NCBI GenBank assembly: GCA_023150835.1
Contig: JAKLKB010000003.1
Location: 46,607-110,606, forward strand
Length of the DNA stretch: 64,000 nucleotides
DNA from: Myxococcota bacterium
GTDB lineage: Bacteria; Myxococcota_C; UBA6777
Direction of reading: 5' to 3'
The translations under genes and the position numbers were made by a program. This document shows, in pieces, positions 31,069-40,832 of this stretch. Each line of letters begins with the position of its first letter. The stretch's first letter is position 1. The notes under the pieces are model-generated. The model had not been told where the DNA came from. It saw only the letters and a list, made by a program, of their open reading frames with translations, and did no database searches.

Positions 31069-31889
31069 CTCCCCCCTCCTTGTCTTTTCGTCTCATGCAC
31101 AGGGGCCTTTTTGCGATGGAGCGCCCAAAGCGCCCGCAAGCGCAGCGTAAATTCGCGTAGTGTCGTGTGTCGTATCTTAGAGCGATCTTGCACTGAGCGC
31201 ATCTTCCGCGCCCTCGCCTCTGGCTGTTCGGATGCTGTGACTCTCCCGTCGCGTGGCTTATCGGATGGCGCGAACATCCCGCTGTGCGATTCATTGGAAG
31301 GGGTGATGTACAAACGCAGATCTTCTGCGGTGTTTTGCGCAAACGAAGCGGGCGGGGTGGCGATCTTCCAGATACCTTGTGTCCAACCTGTCAGAAGATA
31401 CTCACCTCTGATGTGCGGATTGGGATACAAAAACAAGACGACTTCTTCACCCACGACAAAACGTGGCCCGCCCTCCAATCCCATCGAATCTTTGCCAACG
31501 GTTCCCCCGTAGTGACCGACCAAAACACGCTTTGGAGCAGAGCGACCCAAAAGCTCCGAGACGACGCCCAAGGTCGCTTGCGTGACGATCGCTTGCTGTT
31601 CTTTCGTCCAAAAAGACCACTGATAAAGAACCTTCGCACGAACGATCAAGCTGGACTGTTCGAGCATTTGAGCTTCGGTCAAGCGCAAGATCGTTGCGGC
31701 ACGACTGGTCATCGCACTCCCCACAAGAAAAAGCGCAACCAATCCAACACACCATGCTCTCGCTCCGCCCCAAAAAGCCCGTCGATTCGGATTGTTTCGC
31801 CACGCACACACACACGACCTTACGGTGGCGTACAGCTTTGCGATCACACACAACCCTGCGATACATCGTTCCAACATCGTTTCCTCCAT
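31065..31889 (-). CDS. Secreted hypothetical protein translationally coupled (ATGA overlap) to the metalloprotease gene
   Basis: A signal-like segment RRAFWGGARAWCVGLVALFLVGSAMTSRAA. The ORF extends to 32099, but an internal start near MEETMLER or MLER is more plausible given its overlap with the divergent PARG gene. Confidence 0.45.
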   Translation of the reverse strand: MEETMLERCIAGLCVIAKLYATVRSCVCAWRNNPNRRAFWGGARAWCVGLVALFLVGSAMTSRAATILRLTEAQMLEQSSLIVRAKVLYQWSFWTKEQQAIVTQATLGVVSELLGRSAPKRVLVGHYGGTVGKDSMGLEGGPRFVVGEEVVLFLYPNPHIRGEYLLTGWTQGIWKIATPPASFAQNTAEDLRLYITPSNESHSGMFAPSDKPRDGRVTASEQPEARARKMRSVQDRSKIRHTTLREFTLRLRALWALHRKKAPVHETKRQGGGR

Positions 31890-32059
31890 CAGCCCGTCGC
31901 CACCGCTTTGTGGTCTCTCTTGCCGAATCCAAGCAGCCAACGCGCACAGGATTGTACTCGCCTGCGTTGCTTTTGGCAAAAGGCTTTGTTCGCCGATCGA
32001 ACTCTCCATGCTATCGCTGCGTAGTGGGTTCGCCTTATCCCTACACACGGAGCTGATCG

Positions 32060-32920
32060 ATGAGCCAAAACAACCGACAAAAACGGTCTCGAATCGCACA
32101 AGAAACCTTGGATATCCTTTCTCGTGGAAGCTACAACCTCCCCGACCAACAAAGTGTCAGCCTCCAACCCGCCCTCCAAGACGCCATCCAACGCACCGAG
32201 CTATTCTCCCCCGAAGTCTTGGATGACTTGTTGAGCGAAGCGCGAACGCTGCTGGAAACACAACACGGCCCCCTCGCAACCATCGAAGTGACAGGCGAAA
32301 CAACGTTGGCCGCAGCAAGTCGTTTGCTTCAACAAGGCCACACCGATGTCATGTGCCTTAACTTTGCTTCGGCCAAAAACCCCGGTGGCGGCTTTTTGGG
32401 CGGCAGCCAAGCCCAAGAAGAAAGCCTCGCACGCGCTTCGGGGCTTTATGCCTGTATCGCCCCTGTTCACGGATACTACGCAACCCATCGCCATCTCAAA
32501 TCTCTTCTTTATACCGACAACATGATCTATTCACCCGATGTCCCCGTGTTTCGCGATGACAACGATCAACTTCTTGAGGTGCCTTATCGCGCAACGATGA
32601 TCACCTCTGCCGCCGTCAATCGCGGTGCCATCGAGCAAAACAGCCCCGAAGAAAAACCTCGCATCGCTGCGGTGATGTCCGAACGCATCGAAAAGATGCT
32701 CGCGCTATGCGTCCATAAAAAGCAACAAGCCCTTGTATTGGGTGCATGGGGATGCGGAGTCTTTCGCAACGATCCCTTGCAGATGGCCGAGTGGTTTCGT
32801 CAACACCTCCTCGAACACGGCTACGCACGCGCTTTCAAACACATCACCTTCGCCGTGTACGACACCTCCAAACAACAAAATACACGCAACGCTTTTCAAC
32901 AGACATTTGCTCCCGCCTGA
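32060..32920 (+). CDS. Bacterial-type poly(ADP-ribose) glycohydrolase-like macrodomain protein (TIGR02452 / DUF2263)
   Basis: LNFASAKNPGGGFLGGSQAQEES contains the PARG catalytic signature GGG-X7-QEE in its typical context. Length 286 aa. Confidence 0.7.
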   Translation: MSQNNRQKRSRIAQETLDILSRGSYNLPDQQSVSLQPALQDAIQRTELFSPEVLDDLLSEARTLLETQHGPLATIEVTGETTLAAASRLLQQGHTDVMCLNFASAKNPGGGFLGGSQAQEESLARASGLYACIAPVHGYYATHRHLKSLLYTDNMIYSPDVPVFRDDNDQLLEVPYRATMITSAAVNRGAIEQNSPEEKPRIAAVMSERIEKMLALCVHKKQQALVLGAWGCGVFRNDPLQMAEWFRQHLLEHGYARAFKHITFAVYDTSKQQNTRNAFQQTFAPA

Positions 32921-33084
32921 TTATTCGTCCTGCTTAACAAGTTTCCGCATATCCCTATTATCCGCCATTTTCGATCGGATCTCTTCTCTCCAACGCATCC
33001 ACCATCCCTAGACAGGCAGCACACCTTGGCTAAGATGGTTTCGCCTATTTCGACCTTTTACCTCAAACACGCCGAGGAACACGA

Positions 33085-34119
33085 ATGTTTGAATCTCTGC
33101 GCCTAGCGGCCTTGGGAGGGTTGCTCAAACTGCCTCCGTCGATCCAACGCACCCTCTCAGGTCCGCCTTCCACCGATGACGGCGTGGCTTTGGACCCACA
33201 ACACCACTGGTTGACTTACCTTGCCTCACGCTTCCAAGCCGACGACACTCCCCCCCCCCACAAGATCCCCCATCAGCGCCACGAACACGAGATCGCAGCC
33301 GCATTTCTTTCAGGCCCACGCCCCACAAGTGTCCGCGTCGAGGAACGCTTCGTACCACTCGAACAGCGCACACTCGCGATGCGGATCTATCGGCCTCAAC
33401 ACCACGATGGAACGGCGCTGTTTTACCTTCACGGGGGCGGTTTCGTGATGGGAAGCATCGTCGGACAGGACGGCGTTTGCGCACGCATCGCAGAAAAAGC
33501 CCGATGTACCGTCATCTCATGCAGCTACCGCCTCGCTCCAGAACACTTATTCCCTGCGGCTCATGCGGATGCCGCTGAAGCCTACGCATGGATAGTTGCA
33601 AATGCCGAAGAGATCGGCATCGATCGCTCGCGTTTGGGTATCGGCGGAGATAGCGCAGGTGGAAACCTCGCAGCTTCCGTCGTCAACACACGCCGCAAAC
33701 AAAACCTCCCGCTTCCCAAGGTTCAAATGCTGCTCTACCCTGTCGCCGACGCCACAAAAGAAGCCCTATCCTACGGACTTTTTGGCGAAGGTTCTTTTCT
33801 CTCACAAAAAAGAATGCGGTGGTTTTTCGATCAATACATCCCCGAACGCGCACAACGCACAGATCCCCGAATCAGCATACTCCTCGAACCCGATCTATCG
33901 GGCGTTTCGCCTGCGTTGATCGCGACCGCAGGTTTTGACGTCTTGCGGGATGAAGGCATCGCTTACACCCAACGCCTCCAAACATCGGGCGTTTCTGTAC
34001 ATCACCTGCACTTTCCGCATCTCACACACGGCAGCTTCAATTTTGCAGGCCGATTGCCTGCCGCTGCGCAAGCCCTTGATCGTGTATCCCAAACACTTTG
34101 CGACCTCTTCACCGCCTAA
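33085..34119 (+). CDS. Alpha/beta hydrolase fold-3 (HSL family) esterase/lipase
   Basis: An HGGGF oxyanion motif (LFYLHGGGFVMGS) and a GDSAGG nucleophile elbow. Confidence 0.8.
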   Translation: MFESLRLAALGGLLKLPPSIQRTLSGPPSTDDGVALDPQHHWLTYLASRFQADDTPPPHKIPHQRHEHEIAAAFLSGPRPTSVRVEERFVPLEQRTLAMRIYRPQHHDGTALFYLHGGGFVMGSIVGQDGVCARIAEKARCTVISCSYRLAPEHLFPAAHADAAEAYAWIVANAEEIGIDRSRLGIGGDSAGGNLAASVVNTRRKQNLPLPKVQMLLYPVADATKEALSYGLFGEGSFLSQKRMRWFFDQYIPERAQRTDPRISILLEPDLSGVSPALIATAGFDVLRDEGIAYTQRLQTSGVSVHHLHFPHLTHGSFNFAGRLPAAAQALDRVSQTLCDLFTA

Positions 34120-34124
34120 TATCC

Positions 34125-34240
34125 GCCTATTGTGTGATCGAATGATGTAGGGGCAGCCCCCCGTGGCTGCCCAACCACAGGGCGTTTACAACGGATCACA
34201 TCGACCTTTTGTGTACACTTCTCTTGGATATCGTCTATCC
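34125..34240 (+). repeat. Palindromic repeat family 2, copy 2 (6 nt after esterase stop)
   Basis: tgtgatcgaatgatgtaggggcagcc-ccccgt-ggctgcccaaccacagggcg...ttggatatcgtc. Confidence 0.75.
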
Positions 34241-34316
34241 GCCCAAACGGAGATCACACATCTAGGATGAGGATATCCCAGAGGAGCGAGCAACCCCCAC
34301 AAAAAAGGAGCGTATC

Positions 34317-35006
34317 ATGGAGTTCTTCGATCCCTTGTTTCTTGCATCAAGCGGTTCTTCCTTTGGCATGGAGATCTTGCAAAAAGTGCTTGCGTGGTTG
34401 ATCGGCTTGTCGATCTCCGCAGGTGTCGTCTGGTTTTTGGCTTACCGCGAGATGATCGGAAAAAGCTTCTTTGGCCGCATTACCTTTTCGTACATCGGCC
34501 TCGAAGATGGCGAAAACAGCGAGCGGATCACCATCGACACTCTGCTCGACAAGCACCTCAGCGACGTGTGGCTCAACAATCGCATCCTTTTGCGCAGCAT
34601 CGTCTCCTGCGCCCAACAATGCAACGAATCCGCACCGCTTGTTGTCCCCGAAAAACATCACCTCTATCACGTCACCTCCGGCCTCCGCCACCAGATCTCC
34701 GAGCGCTACTCGGACGGTCTGATCGATCGCGCCCTTGGCTTCGAGATCCGCAAAGAAGAACTCTTGATCGCCCTGTGCTTTAGCGCTTCCAAAGCCGACG
34801 GTGTGCAAAAACTTCGCGCCCTCGTGCTCCATCCTCAGATCCTCAAAAAGATCGGCGAACAGGCCGATGCCTTCGAGAAAGCCAATCCAAAACAAATCCC
34901 CTTTATCAAGGCCCTCCAAGCCGCCTACAAGCGATGGCAACAAGAAGAAAACGATCCCAAAATCGATCGGCTCATCACCAAAGTCCGCGTGTACCGAAGA
35001 AAATAA
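34317..35006 (+). CDS. Membrane-anchored hypothetical protein
   Basis: 229-aa ORF with an N-terminal TM helix (VLAWLIGLSISAGVVWFLAY). No recognisable domain. Confidence 0.5.
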   Translation: MEFFDPLFLASSGSSFGMEILQKVLAWLIGLSISAGVVWFLAYREMIGKSFFGRITFSYIGLEDGENSERITIDTLLDKHLSDVWLNNRILLRSIVSCAQQCNESAPLVVPEKHHLYHVTSGLRHQISERYSDGLIDRALGFEIRKEELLIALCFSASKADGVQKLRALVLHPQILKKIGEQADAFEKANPKQIPFIKALQAAYKRWQQEENDPKIDRLITKVRVYRRK

Positions 35007-35166
35007 CCCCACCCCACAGATCCAAACGGCGCCCATCCGATCCATTACGTTGGCTCCCAAGTGCCTCTACCGTTTGCCAGATGGTACGGCTATGCTTATC
35101 TTCCTTGCTGCTTTGCGGCACGAAGTGGACGCTCTCGTCCCCCTACAACCAAGGAGATCTTGCGTA

Positions 35167-35745
35167 ATGACTCGCTTGAGTGATGACTTTGCCTCCGAAA
35201 GTATGCGATCTTTCCTCGAACGCAAACTACTCGAAACCCGAACCCTGCTGATCTACGGACGCATCGATCAAAGCGTCGCCGAAGACGTCACCCAAAAGTT
35301 GCTGCTGTTATCGGCAACCTCCAATGATCCGATCAAGCTGTTTATCAACAGCCAAGGCGGACACGTCGAGTCTGGCGACACCATCTTTGACATGATCCGC
35401 TTCGTCAAACCGCGTGTAAAGATCATCGGCACAGGATGGGTGGCCAGCGCTGGGGCGTTGATCTACTCCTCCGTCCCCCTCGAAGATCGCTACAGCCTCC
35501 CCAACACCCGCTATATGCTGCACCAGCCCCTCGGCGGCGTGAGCGGCCAAGCCTCCGATATCGCCATCGAGGCCCTTGAGATCGTCAAGATGCGCGAACG
35601 CCTCAACAAATCCTTCGCCCAACAAACAGGACAACCTCTCGAAAAGATTACAAAAGATACCGACCGCAACTTCTGGATGTCCGCCGAAGAAGCCAAAGAA
35701 TACAAACTCGTCGGCCACATCATCCAATCCATCGACGCCCTCTAA
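35167..35745 (+). CDS. clpP: ATP-dependent Clp protease proteolytic subunit (orphan ClpP paralog)
   Basis: It aligns end to end with E. coli ClpP. The catalytic Ser sits in GWVASAGA, the His in MLHQPLGG and the Asp in KDTDRNFWMSAEEA. The start is MTRLSDD at 35167 with an AAGGAG RBS; the longer upstream ORF extension is rejected. No clpX or clpA is adjacent. Confidence 0.85.
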   Translation: MTRLSDDFASESMRSFLERKLLETRTLLIYGRIDQSVAEDVTQKLLLLSATSNDPIKLFINSQGGHVESGDTIFDMIRFVKPRVKIIGTGWVASAGALIYSSVPLEDRYSLPNTRYMLHQPLGGVSGQASDIAIEALEIVKMRERLNKSFAQQTGQPLEKITKDTDRNFWMSAEEAKEYKLVGHIIQSIDAL

Positions 35746-35848
35746 CCCCCTCCTCTCCGCCTTCCTCGTCTCCTGCCCCTTTCCTTTCGCTTGTTATTTC
35801 GTACATTCCCTCCGACACTCTACCCCACCCAAAAAGGGAACAACGACC

Positions 35849-37039
35849 ATGCAAACCCGACCTCTCTTTGCCCTCTTGTTTGTCCTTGTTTGGCCTCTCC
35901 AAGCCCGCGCACAAACGCCTCCACCCACACCAACACCCCAAACTTCCGCACAAATGGAACAAGCCATCCAACAAGCACGCCTTCAACACATCCAAGACGC
36001 GCAAAACAAAGACAAACAGCTTCAACGCATCCGAAAAGCCGAAACAGCCCTCCAAGCCAAACAAGCCCTCGGCACCTGCAAAGCCATCCAACTCCCCTTC
36101 GTCAAACCGATCGAACTCTGCATCAAACCCCACGAAGGCAAAAGCACACTCTTCGTCAACGGCTCCCCCAAACCCGTCCCTGCCGCCTTCCACGGCGCGG
36201 CTCTTGGACTCAAAAAAGCCTATCGCGTAGCCAAAGCCAAAGCCGATATCCTCGCACAAAAATTATCCCACCAAGGAAAAAAACGCGCAGAACAAGTCGC
36301 AAAGCACTCCGCTTCACTTTTCGACAAAGCTCTTCAAAAATACCGAAAAAAAGCCACCGACCTCGCGCAAAAACTCGCCAACTCCCCCGAATGGAAACAG
36401 CGACTGGCCGCGCAACTCGCAATCGTCGCGATATCCAAAGTCGACGAAGCCACCAAGCTCGCCCAACAACAGATGCAAACCAAACTTCAACGCACCCTTG
36501 AGCTTTACACCCATCCCGAAAAGATCCGCGACCTCGCGCTCAAAAAACCCACATCAAAAAAAGGCGAAACCTTCGACAACAAGGCTGTCCTCCTTGGTGT
36601 GGGGTTGATTATGGCCCATCAAGCCGCCCGTATCGCCTTCGTCTGCTGGCAACAAAGCGGCCCACAAAAGCGCGCTTGCTTCAACCGAGAGATCGCAACG
36701 AGTATGCGCGATGCCCTGTTTGATGTCCTCGCGCTGCTCGTTCGTACCGCGCTCGATGCCCATGTGATCGCCCCGCTCTCTCACTCCCTCGCAGCCGCCC
36801 TTACCGCACACCGCCTGCTTTCGACAGCCAGCATCGGCTCCGCCGCCTATCCCACAGCCTACGCTGCCGCCAGCATCGCCTTTCACGGTATGCTCTCCAC
36901 CCTCTACGAAGCCCTCTTACGCCCCGAATACAACAAGCTCTTTGAAACGCGCCTTCGCTCTCCGATCGAGCGCTTCAACAACAAACTGATCCGCCAACTC
37001 CCCGAAGCCGCATTCAAATGTTGGGGTTCATGCAAATAA
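35849..37039 (+). CDS. Secreted helical / coiled-coil hypothetical protein
   Basis: Signal peptide MQTRPLFALLFVLVWPLQARA, then a Lys/Ala/Gln-rich helical sequence. Function unknown. Confidence 0.55.
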   Translation: MQTRPLFALLFVLVWPLQARAQTPPPTPTPQTSAQMEQAIQQARLQHIQDAQNKDKQLQRIRKAETALQAKQALGTCKAIQLPFVKPIELCIKPHEGKSTLFVNGSPKPVPAAFHGAALGLKKAYRVAKAKADILAQKLSHQGKKRAEQVAKHSASLFDKALQKYRKKATDLAQKLANSPEWKQRLAAQLAIVAISKVDEATKLAQQQMQTKLQRTLELYTHPEKIRDLALKKPTSKKGETFDNKAVLLGVGLIMAHQAARIAFVCWQQSGPQKRACFNREIATSMRDALFDVLALLVRTALDAHVIAPLSHSLAAALTAHRLLSTASIGSAAYPTAYAAASIAFHGMLSTLYEALLRPEYNKLFETRLRSPIERFNNKLIRQLPEAAFKCWGSCK

Positions 37040-37040
37040 C

Positions 37041-37130
37041 ACGATATCCGAAAGATCTGTGATCGAAGGGTAGGTGCGTTCCGCTGTATATGCCCTGTTC
37101 TTGGGCAGCCACAGGAGGCTGCCCCTACGT
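37041..37130 (+). repeat. Palindromic repeat family 2, copy 3 (2 nt after stop of 35849-37039)
   Basis: acgatatcc...tgtgatcgaagggtagg...gggcagcc-acagga-ggctgcccctac. Confidence 0.7.
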
Positions 37131-37302
37131 TTTACGCACACACCCTGCGGATTTCGTCTAAGCCTCTCCCCCACCCCAAGGCTCTTTTCGTTTCTTTGCT
37201 CTTGCGCTATACCGACACTCCAAGCGCACAGCCAAGACACTCCGCTCCGCACGCGCCTCGCTCTCAGCCGATCCCTCACCCCCACCTACGAAAGGAAGCC
37301 CC

Positions 37303-38103
37303 ATGCTCCAAGAGATCCTCGATCTACGCGAAGAAGGTGACGCACTCTACGCCGTCTTGAAAACGATGGACGAACACCGCTGGCATACCGTCACGCAGTT
37401 CAAATCATGGACGATCCACGATGTTGTGCTTCATCTGCATTTTTCGGATTATCTTGCGATCACCACCGCACGCGATCGCTCCGCCTTTTCCGATGTCCTC
37501 TCCGCCCTTTTGACCGCGATGGGAGAAGGCCAAACCCTGATGCAATACTCCCGTGACTGGATCGGGCCGATATCTGGGCCTGATCTGCTTGTGCGTTGGC
37601 GCGACGCGTTTGTCGAGATGTGCGATCTCTTTGTCGGCCTTGATCCGCAAACGCGCCTTGAATGGTTTGGCCCCGATATGGGCCTTCGGATGTTCGCAAC
37701 CGCCCGTCAGATGGAGACTTGGGCGCACGGTCAGGAGATCTACGACCTGCTCGGACTGATCCGCCAAAACACCGACCGACTCAAAAACATCGTCGTCATC
37801 GGCCTCAAGACGTTTGCGTGGACCTTCATCAATCGCGGCCTCACCCCCCCCGCCTCCCCTCCCTACCTTCGACTCGAAGCTCCCTCTGGCGCTATTTGGG
37901 AATGGGGACAACCAAGCGATACATACGAGATCAGCGGAACTGCCGAAGCATTCGCCCAAGTCGTCACACAAACACGCAACGTCGCCGATACTTCGCTGCA
38001 AGTCATCGGCGAAGATGCCAAACATTGGATGTCCATCGCACAATGCTTTGCAGGCCCACCCGCCGATCCACCCGCCCCCAACACACGCTTTCGTCACACC
38101 TAA
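37303..38103 (+). CDS. DinB/YfiT-like (maleylpyruvate-isomerase N-terminal domain family, TIGR03083/03084-like) protein
   Basis: The N-terminal WTIHDVVLHLHFSDY pattern and an overall ~260-aa helical-bundle profile are typical of MDMPI_N/DinB_2 proteins. This is pattern-level only. Confidence 0.5.
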   Translation: MLQEILDLREEGDALYAVLKTMDEHRWHTVTQFKSWTIHDVVLHLHFSDYLAITTARDRSAFSDVLSALLTAMGEGQTLMQYSRDWIGPISGPDLLVRWRDAFVEMCDLFVGLDPQTRLEWFGPDMGLRMFATARQMETWAHGQEIYDLLGLIRQNTDRLKNIVVIGLKTFAWTFINRGLTPPASPPYLRLEAPSGAIWEWGQPSDTYEISGTAEAFAQVVTQTRNVADTSLQVIGEDAKHWMSIAQCFAGPPADPPAPNTRFRHT

Positions 38104-38117
38104 TCTACCGAATCATC

Positions 38118-40832
38118 CTACTCCAACGGATCGAACTTGAGAATCTTGCTGATCTCGACTTCTCCCGTCGTCGGGTTGACAGAAGCACGAACCTTGTAAG
38201 TGCCGTATTTGCCATCACAATCGAGATCCCCTTGTGCTGTTACCTCGAATTGTGACTTTACGCCCGTCCCTTCAGACTTGTAGCAATAACGGTAGTAGTG
38301 CCGCTTATTCAAGCTGAACCGCAATTGCTTCCAACAAGCATGCTCCCACTGTGCAGGATTGGGCGTGTACAACGCTTGACCTGACGCGCAAGGCATCGCT
38401 TTGGGGGCACAAATCCATCCTTTCCCTTCACAAGGAAAATGGCGCGCCATGGGGTTGCCCTCTTTATCGGCGTGTTCATCGTCGTACCAGCGTATCGCGC
38501 CTCTCCATATCGCTCTGAGATTGGCGGTGACCTCGCTGGTTTTGGCACGCCGCGCAAAACGCAAGTAGGTGGGGATCGCCACCGCAGCGGACACACCCGA
38601 CATCAAAAGCATCGGCAACCCAAGCGACAAAGTCCCCGCAGCAACAGGCAAGAGTTCTTGCGCTTGTTTGGGTGGGGTTGCGAACTCCAGCAAGTTCGGA
38701 AGAACAGCGCGTTGACCAAGGAAAGCCTCGGAGACAAGGGACTTTTCGGAAAAAGCCAACGTCCAACCATACGCATAATCCACCCCATCGACCAGATCAT
38801 ACACCCCAAGCAAGCGCAGATGCGACCACGCCCGCCGCGCAAATAGCTTAAACATCGGCGGCACGAACCACTCCCCTAAATCCCGCAACACCCGTGGATG
38901 CACCACCATCGCGTTTGCCGTCTTCATCAAGGCATAGTCAAACAACCCGGGAAAACTATCCCGAAGAATGTGCGGTGTGCGCGGAGCCACGGCCTGTACT
39001 GGCATCGACAATGGCCCTGTAGATTCAGGCTTTTTGTTCGCATTGGGCGCAGACGGTGTCGGTGTTTCTCCCCCTTGTGGTTTTTCGGGAAGCTCTTGCG
39101 GCGGAAGTCCCGTAGGCACGGGCGTTTTGTTCGCGGGTTGCGCATCCGAACCTGCATCCAGAACAGGACCCAACAGCTCCAATGCGCGCTTTGTGCGAAC
39201 TCCCGCTGTATCGGTCGCTGCAAACGATGGAGCCTCACCCTTCCACACCGCTGCAAACTGCCCAAACGTGGCTTGGTGGCCAAAGAAGAACAAAAAGCGT
39301 TGAACCGTCGAAAGATACACAGGCTGTACCCCGGGCAGATGGATCGCAAGTGCATCGCGCCCAAACAGAGACACCTTTTCCACACGAACAGGCGGTGCGC
39401 CGCGCCCTTGCGGTCCTCTCGCCAACACCGTACTCCACGCTTGAAACAACAAGCGCAAAAACCCCTTTGCTTCGACGGGAGTGTTAAAGCCCAACGCAAA
39501 GAACACACCCCGCAGATGGCCGGGGAAAAACTTCATCGAACGGTTTTGAAGCGCTAAAGCCACACGCGCCATCCCATCTTCCCATAAAAAGCCGCCTGCA
39601 ACATCGCCACGCAAGCCTTTCAGCACCGAAGTCAACTCCGTCCCCAACACCTGCTTGGCCATCCCATCGGCCTTGGCTTGCTCTTTACGAAATCCTCCGA
39701 TCACTTCCTTGGCTTTGGGATGAAAGTTTTCTACAAACGCCAGCAAGCGCACGATCCCCTTTGGCGAAAGATGCATACGACCAAACCAACCCGTCGTGAT
39801 CGGCAACATCGAAAACCACGATGCCAACGTCGTATCCGAACGCAAGATCCCCAACACGGGCGAAAACTCTTTCGTCATCACAAAGCGTTGTTCGGCTTGA
39901 ATGCCTTCTCGCAGATCAAAGGAACTGATGCTACCGCGAAAATAGCGCTTGACCCAAGGCAAGACCGCCTCAACCATCGGAAAATTCGCTTGCTCAGGTA
40001 GCAACATATCAAGCGTCACTTTTGCGCAGATATCGGTTTGTTCAGGACAAGAAACATCCGACAACACCGATGCTGCAAGCCCCATCCCATCGCCTTGTTT
40101 GGACCACACGCGATCCAACAAACGACCCAAACCCGCAGCATCCATCTTCACGCTGTTCGGATCAGGCCCTGCCATCGCATACAAGCGCCCTTTCCAGATC
40201 AACGCCACAGGTCGAGAGTCCGGGGCCATCAACAGCGCAAGCTCCGGTGCAAACCACACCAAGCGCACAGGCAGCCGCCAACGTGCAAACGCCCGCTCCA
40301 GCTTCAAAGCATCCACACCCAACGACACCAACGTCTCCACTTTGATGCCCTTTGCGTACACGACGCTCGTCGCGGGTTGATCGAGCTCCAAACCCACACT
40401 TCGCAACAACGCGGGCAACTGCACAAACAGCGATTCAAGGTCTTTTGCGGGCTTCCCGTCCGCCATCGGACCCACCATCGCCAAGATCTCTTGGACTTTT
40501 GGACCCAACATCTCCAACGGCGCAAGCGCCCGCACCCTCAAAAAGCGGCGCAGCGCACGACCCGGATCTTCCGACCAGATCACCGCCACCGGCGTCCCAT
40601 CTTTGACCAAGCCCTTGCTGGCCACCAACGCCACAGAGGGCTGCGGTGCTTTCCCACGCAACATCGGGCCTGATGACTTGCCCTCGACAGATGCCGGTGT
40701 CTCTTTCAAGACCCGAGATTTCGGCGGACCTGCCCATGTTTCGGCCCCTCCCCACACGCTACAGACAAAACCCCACAACAGCACGCTCTTTCGCATTCCG
40801 TCTACTCCATACGTCGTTTGAACCCTGTACAT
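38118..40832 (-). CDS. Large (about 900 aa) protein with N-terminal signal peptide and C-terminal type IV pilin-like domain
   Basis: The C-terminal segment LLMSGVSAAVAIPTYLRFARRAKTSEVTANLRAIWRGAIRWY closely parallels the alpha1 helix of Myxococcus type IV pilins (AIAIPNFIRFQARAKQSEAKTNLKAIYTA). It is followed by a Cys-containing head-like region. There is no prepilin G/FTLIE cleavage site. The N-terminal ~700 aa are unassigned. Confidence 0.55.
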   Translation of the reverse strand: MYRVQTTYGVDGMRKSVLLWGFVCSVWGGAETWAGPPKSRVLKETPASVEGKSSGPMLRGKAPQPSVALVASKGLVKDGTPVAVIWSEDPGRALRRFLRVRALAPLEMLGPKVQEILAMVGPMADGKPAKDLESLFVQLPALLRSVGLELDQPATSVVYAKGIKVETLVSLGVDALKLERAFARWRLPVRLVWFAPELALLMAPDSRPVALIWKGRLYAMAGPDPNSVKMDAAGLGRLLDRVWSKQGDGMGLAASVLSDVSCPEQTDICAKVTLDMLLPEQANFPMVEAVLPWVKRYFRGSISSFDLREGIQAEQRFVMTKEFSPVLGILRSDTTLASWFSMLPITTGWFGRMHLSPKGIVRLLAFVENFHPKAKEVIGGFRKEQAKADGMAKQVLGTELTSVLKGLRGDVAGGFLWEDGMARVALALQNRSMKFFPGHLRGVFFALGFNTPVEAKGFLRLLFQAWSTVLARGPQGRGAPPVRVEKVSLFGRDALAIHLPGVQPVYLSTVQRFLFFFGHQATFGQFAAVWKGEAPSFAATDTAGVRTKRALELLGPVLDAGSDAQPANKTPVPTGLPPQELPEKPQGGETPTPSAPNANKKPESTGPLSMPVQAVAPRTPHILRDSFPGLFDYALMKTANAMVVHPRVLRDLGEWFVPPMFKLFARRAWSHLRLLGVYDLVDGVDYAYGWTLAFSEKSLVSEAFLGQRAVLPNLLEFATPPKQAQELLPVAAGTLSLGLPMLLMSGVSAAVAIPTYLRFARRAKTSEVTANLRAIWRGAIRWYDDEHADKEGNPMARHFPCEGKGWICAPKAMPCASGQALYTPNPAQWEHACWKQLRFSLNKRHYYRYCYKSEGTGVKSQFEVTAQGDLDCDGKYGTYKVRASVNPTTGEVEISKILKFDPLE

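Noticed and set aside
34801-35166. 122-codon upstream extension of the ClpP ORF
   Set aside because: The extension is Pro/Ser/Lys-rich and has no similarity to ClpP. The ClpP homology begins exactly at Met 35167, which has an AAGGAG RBS.
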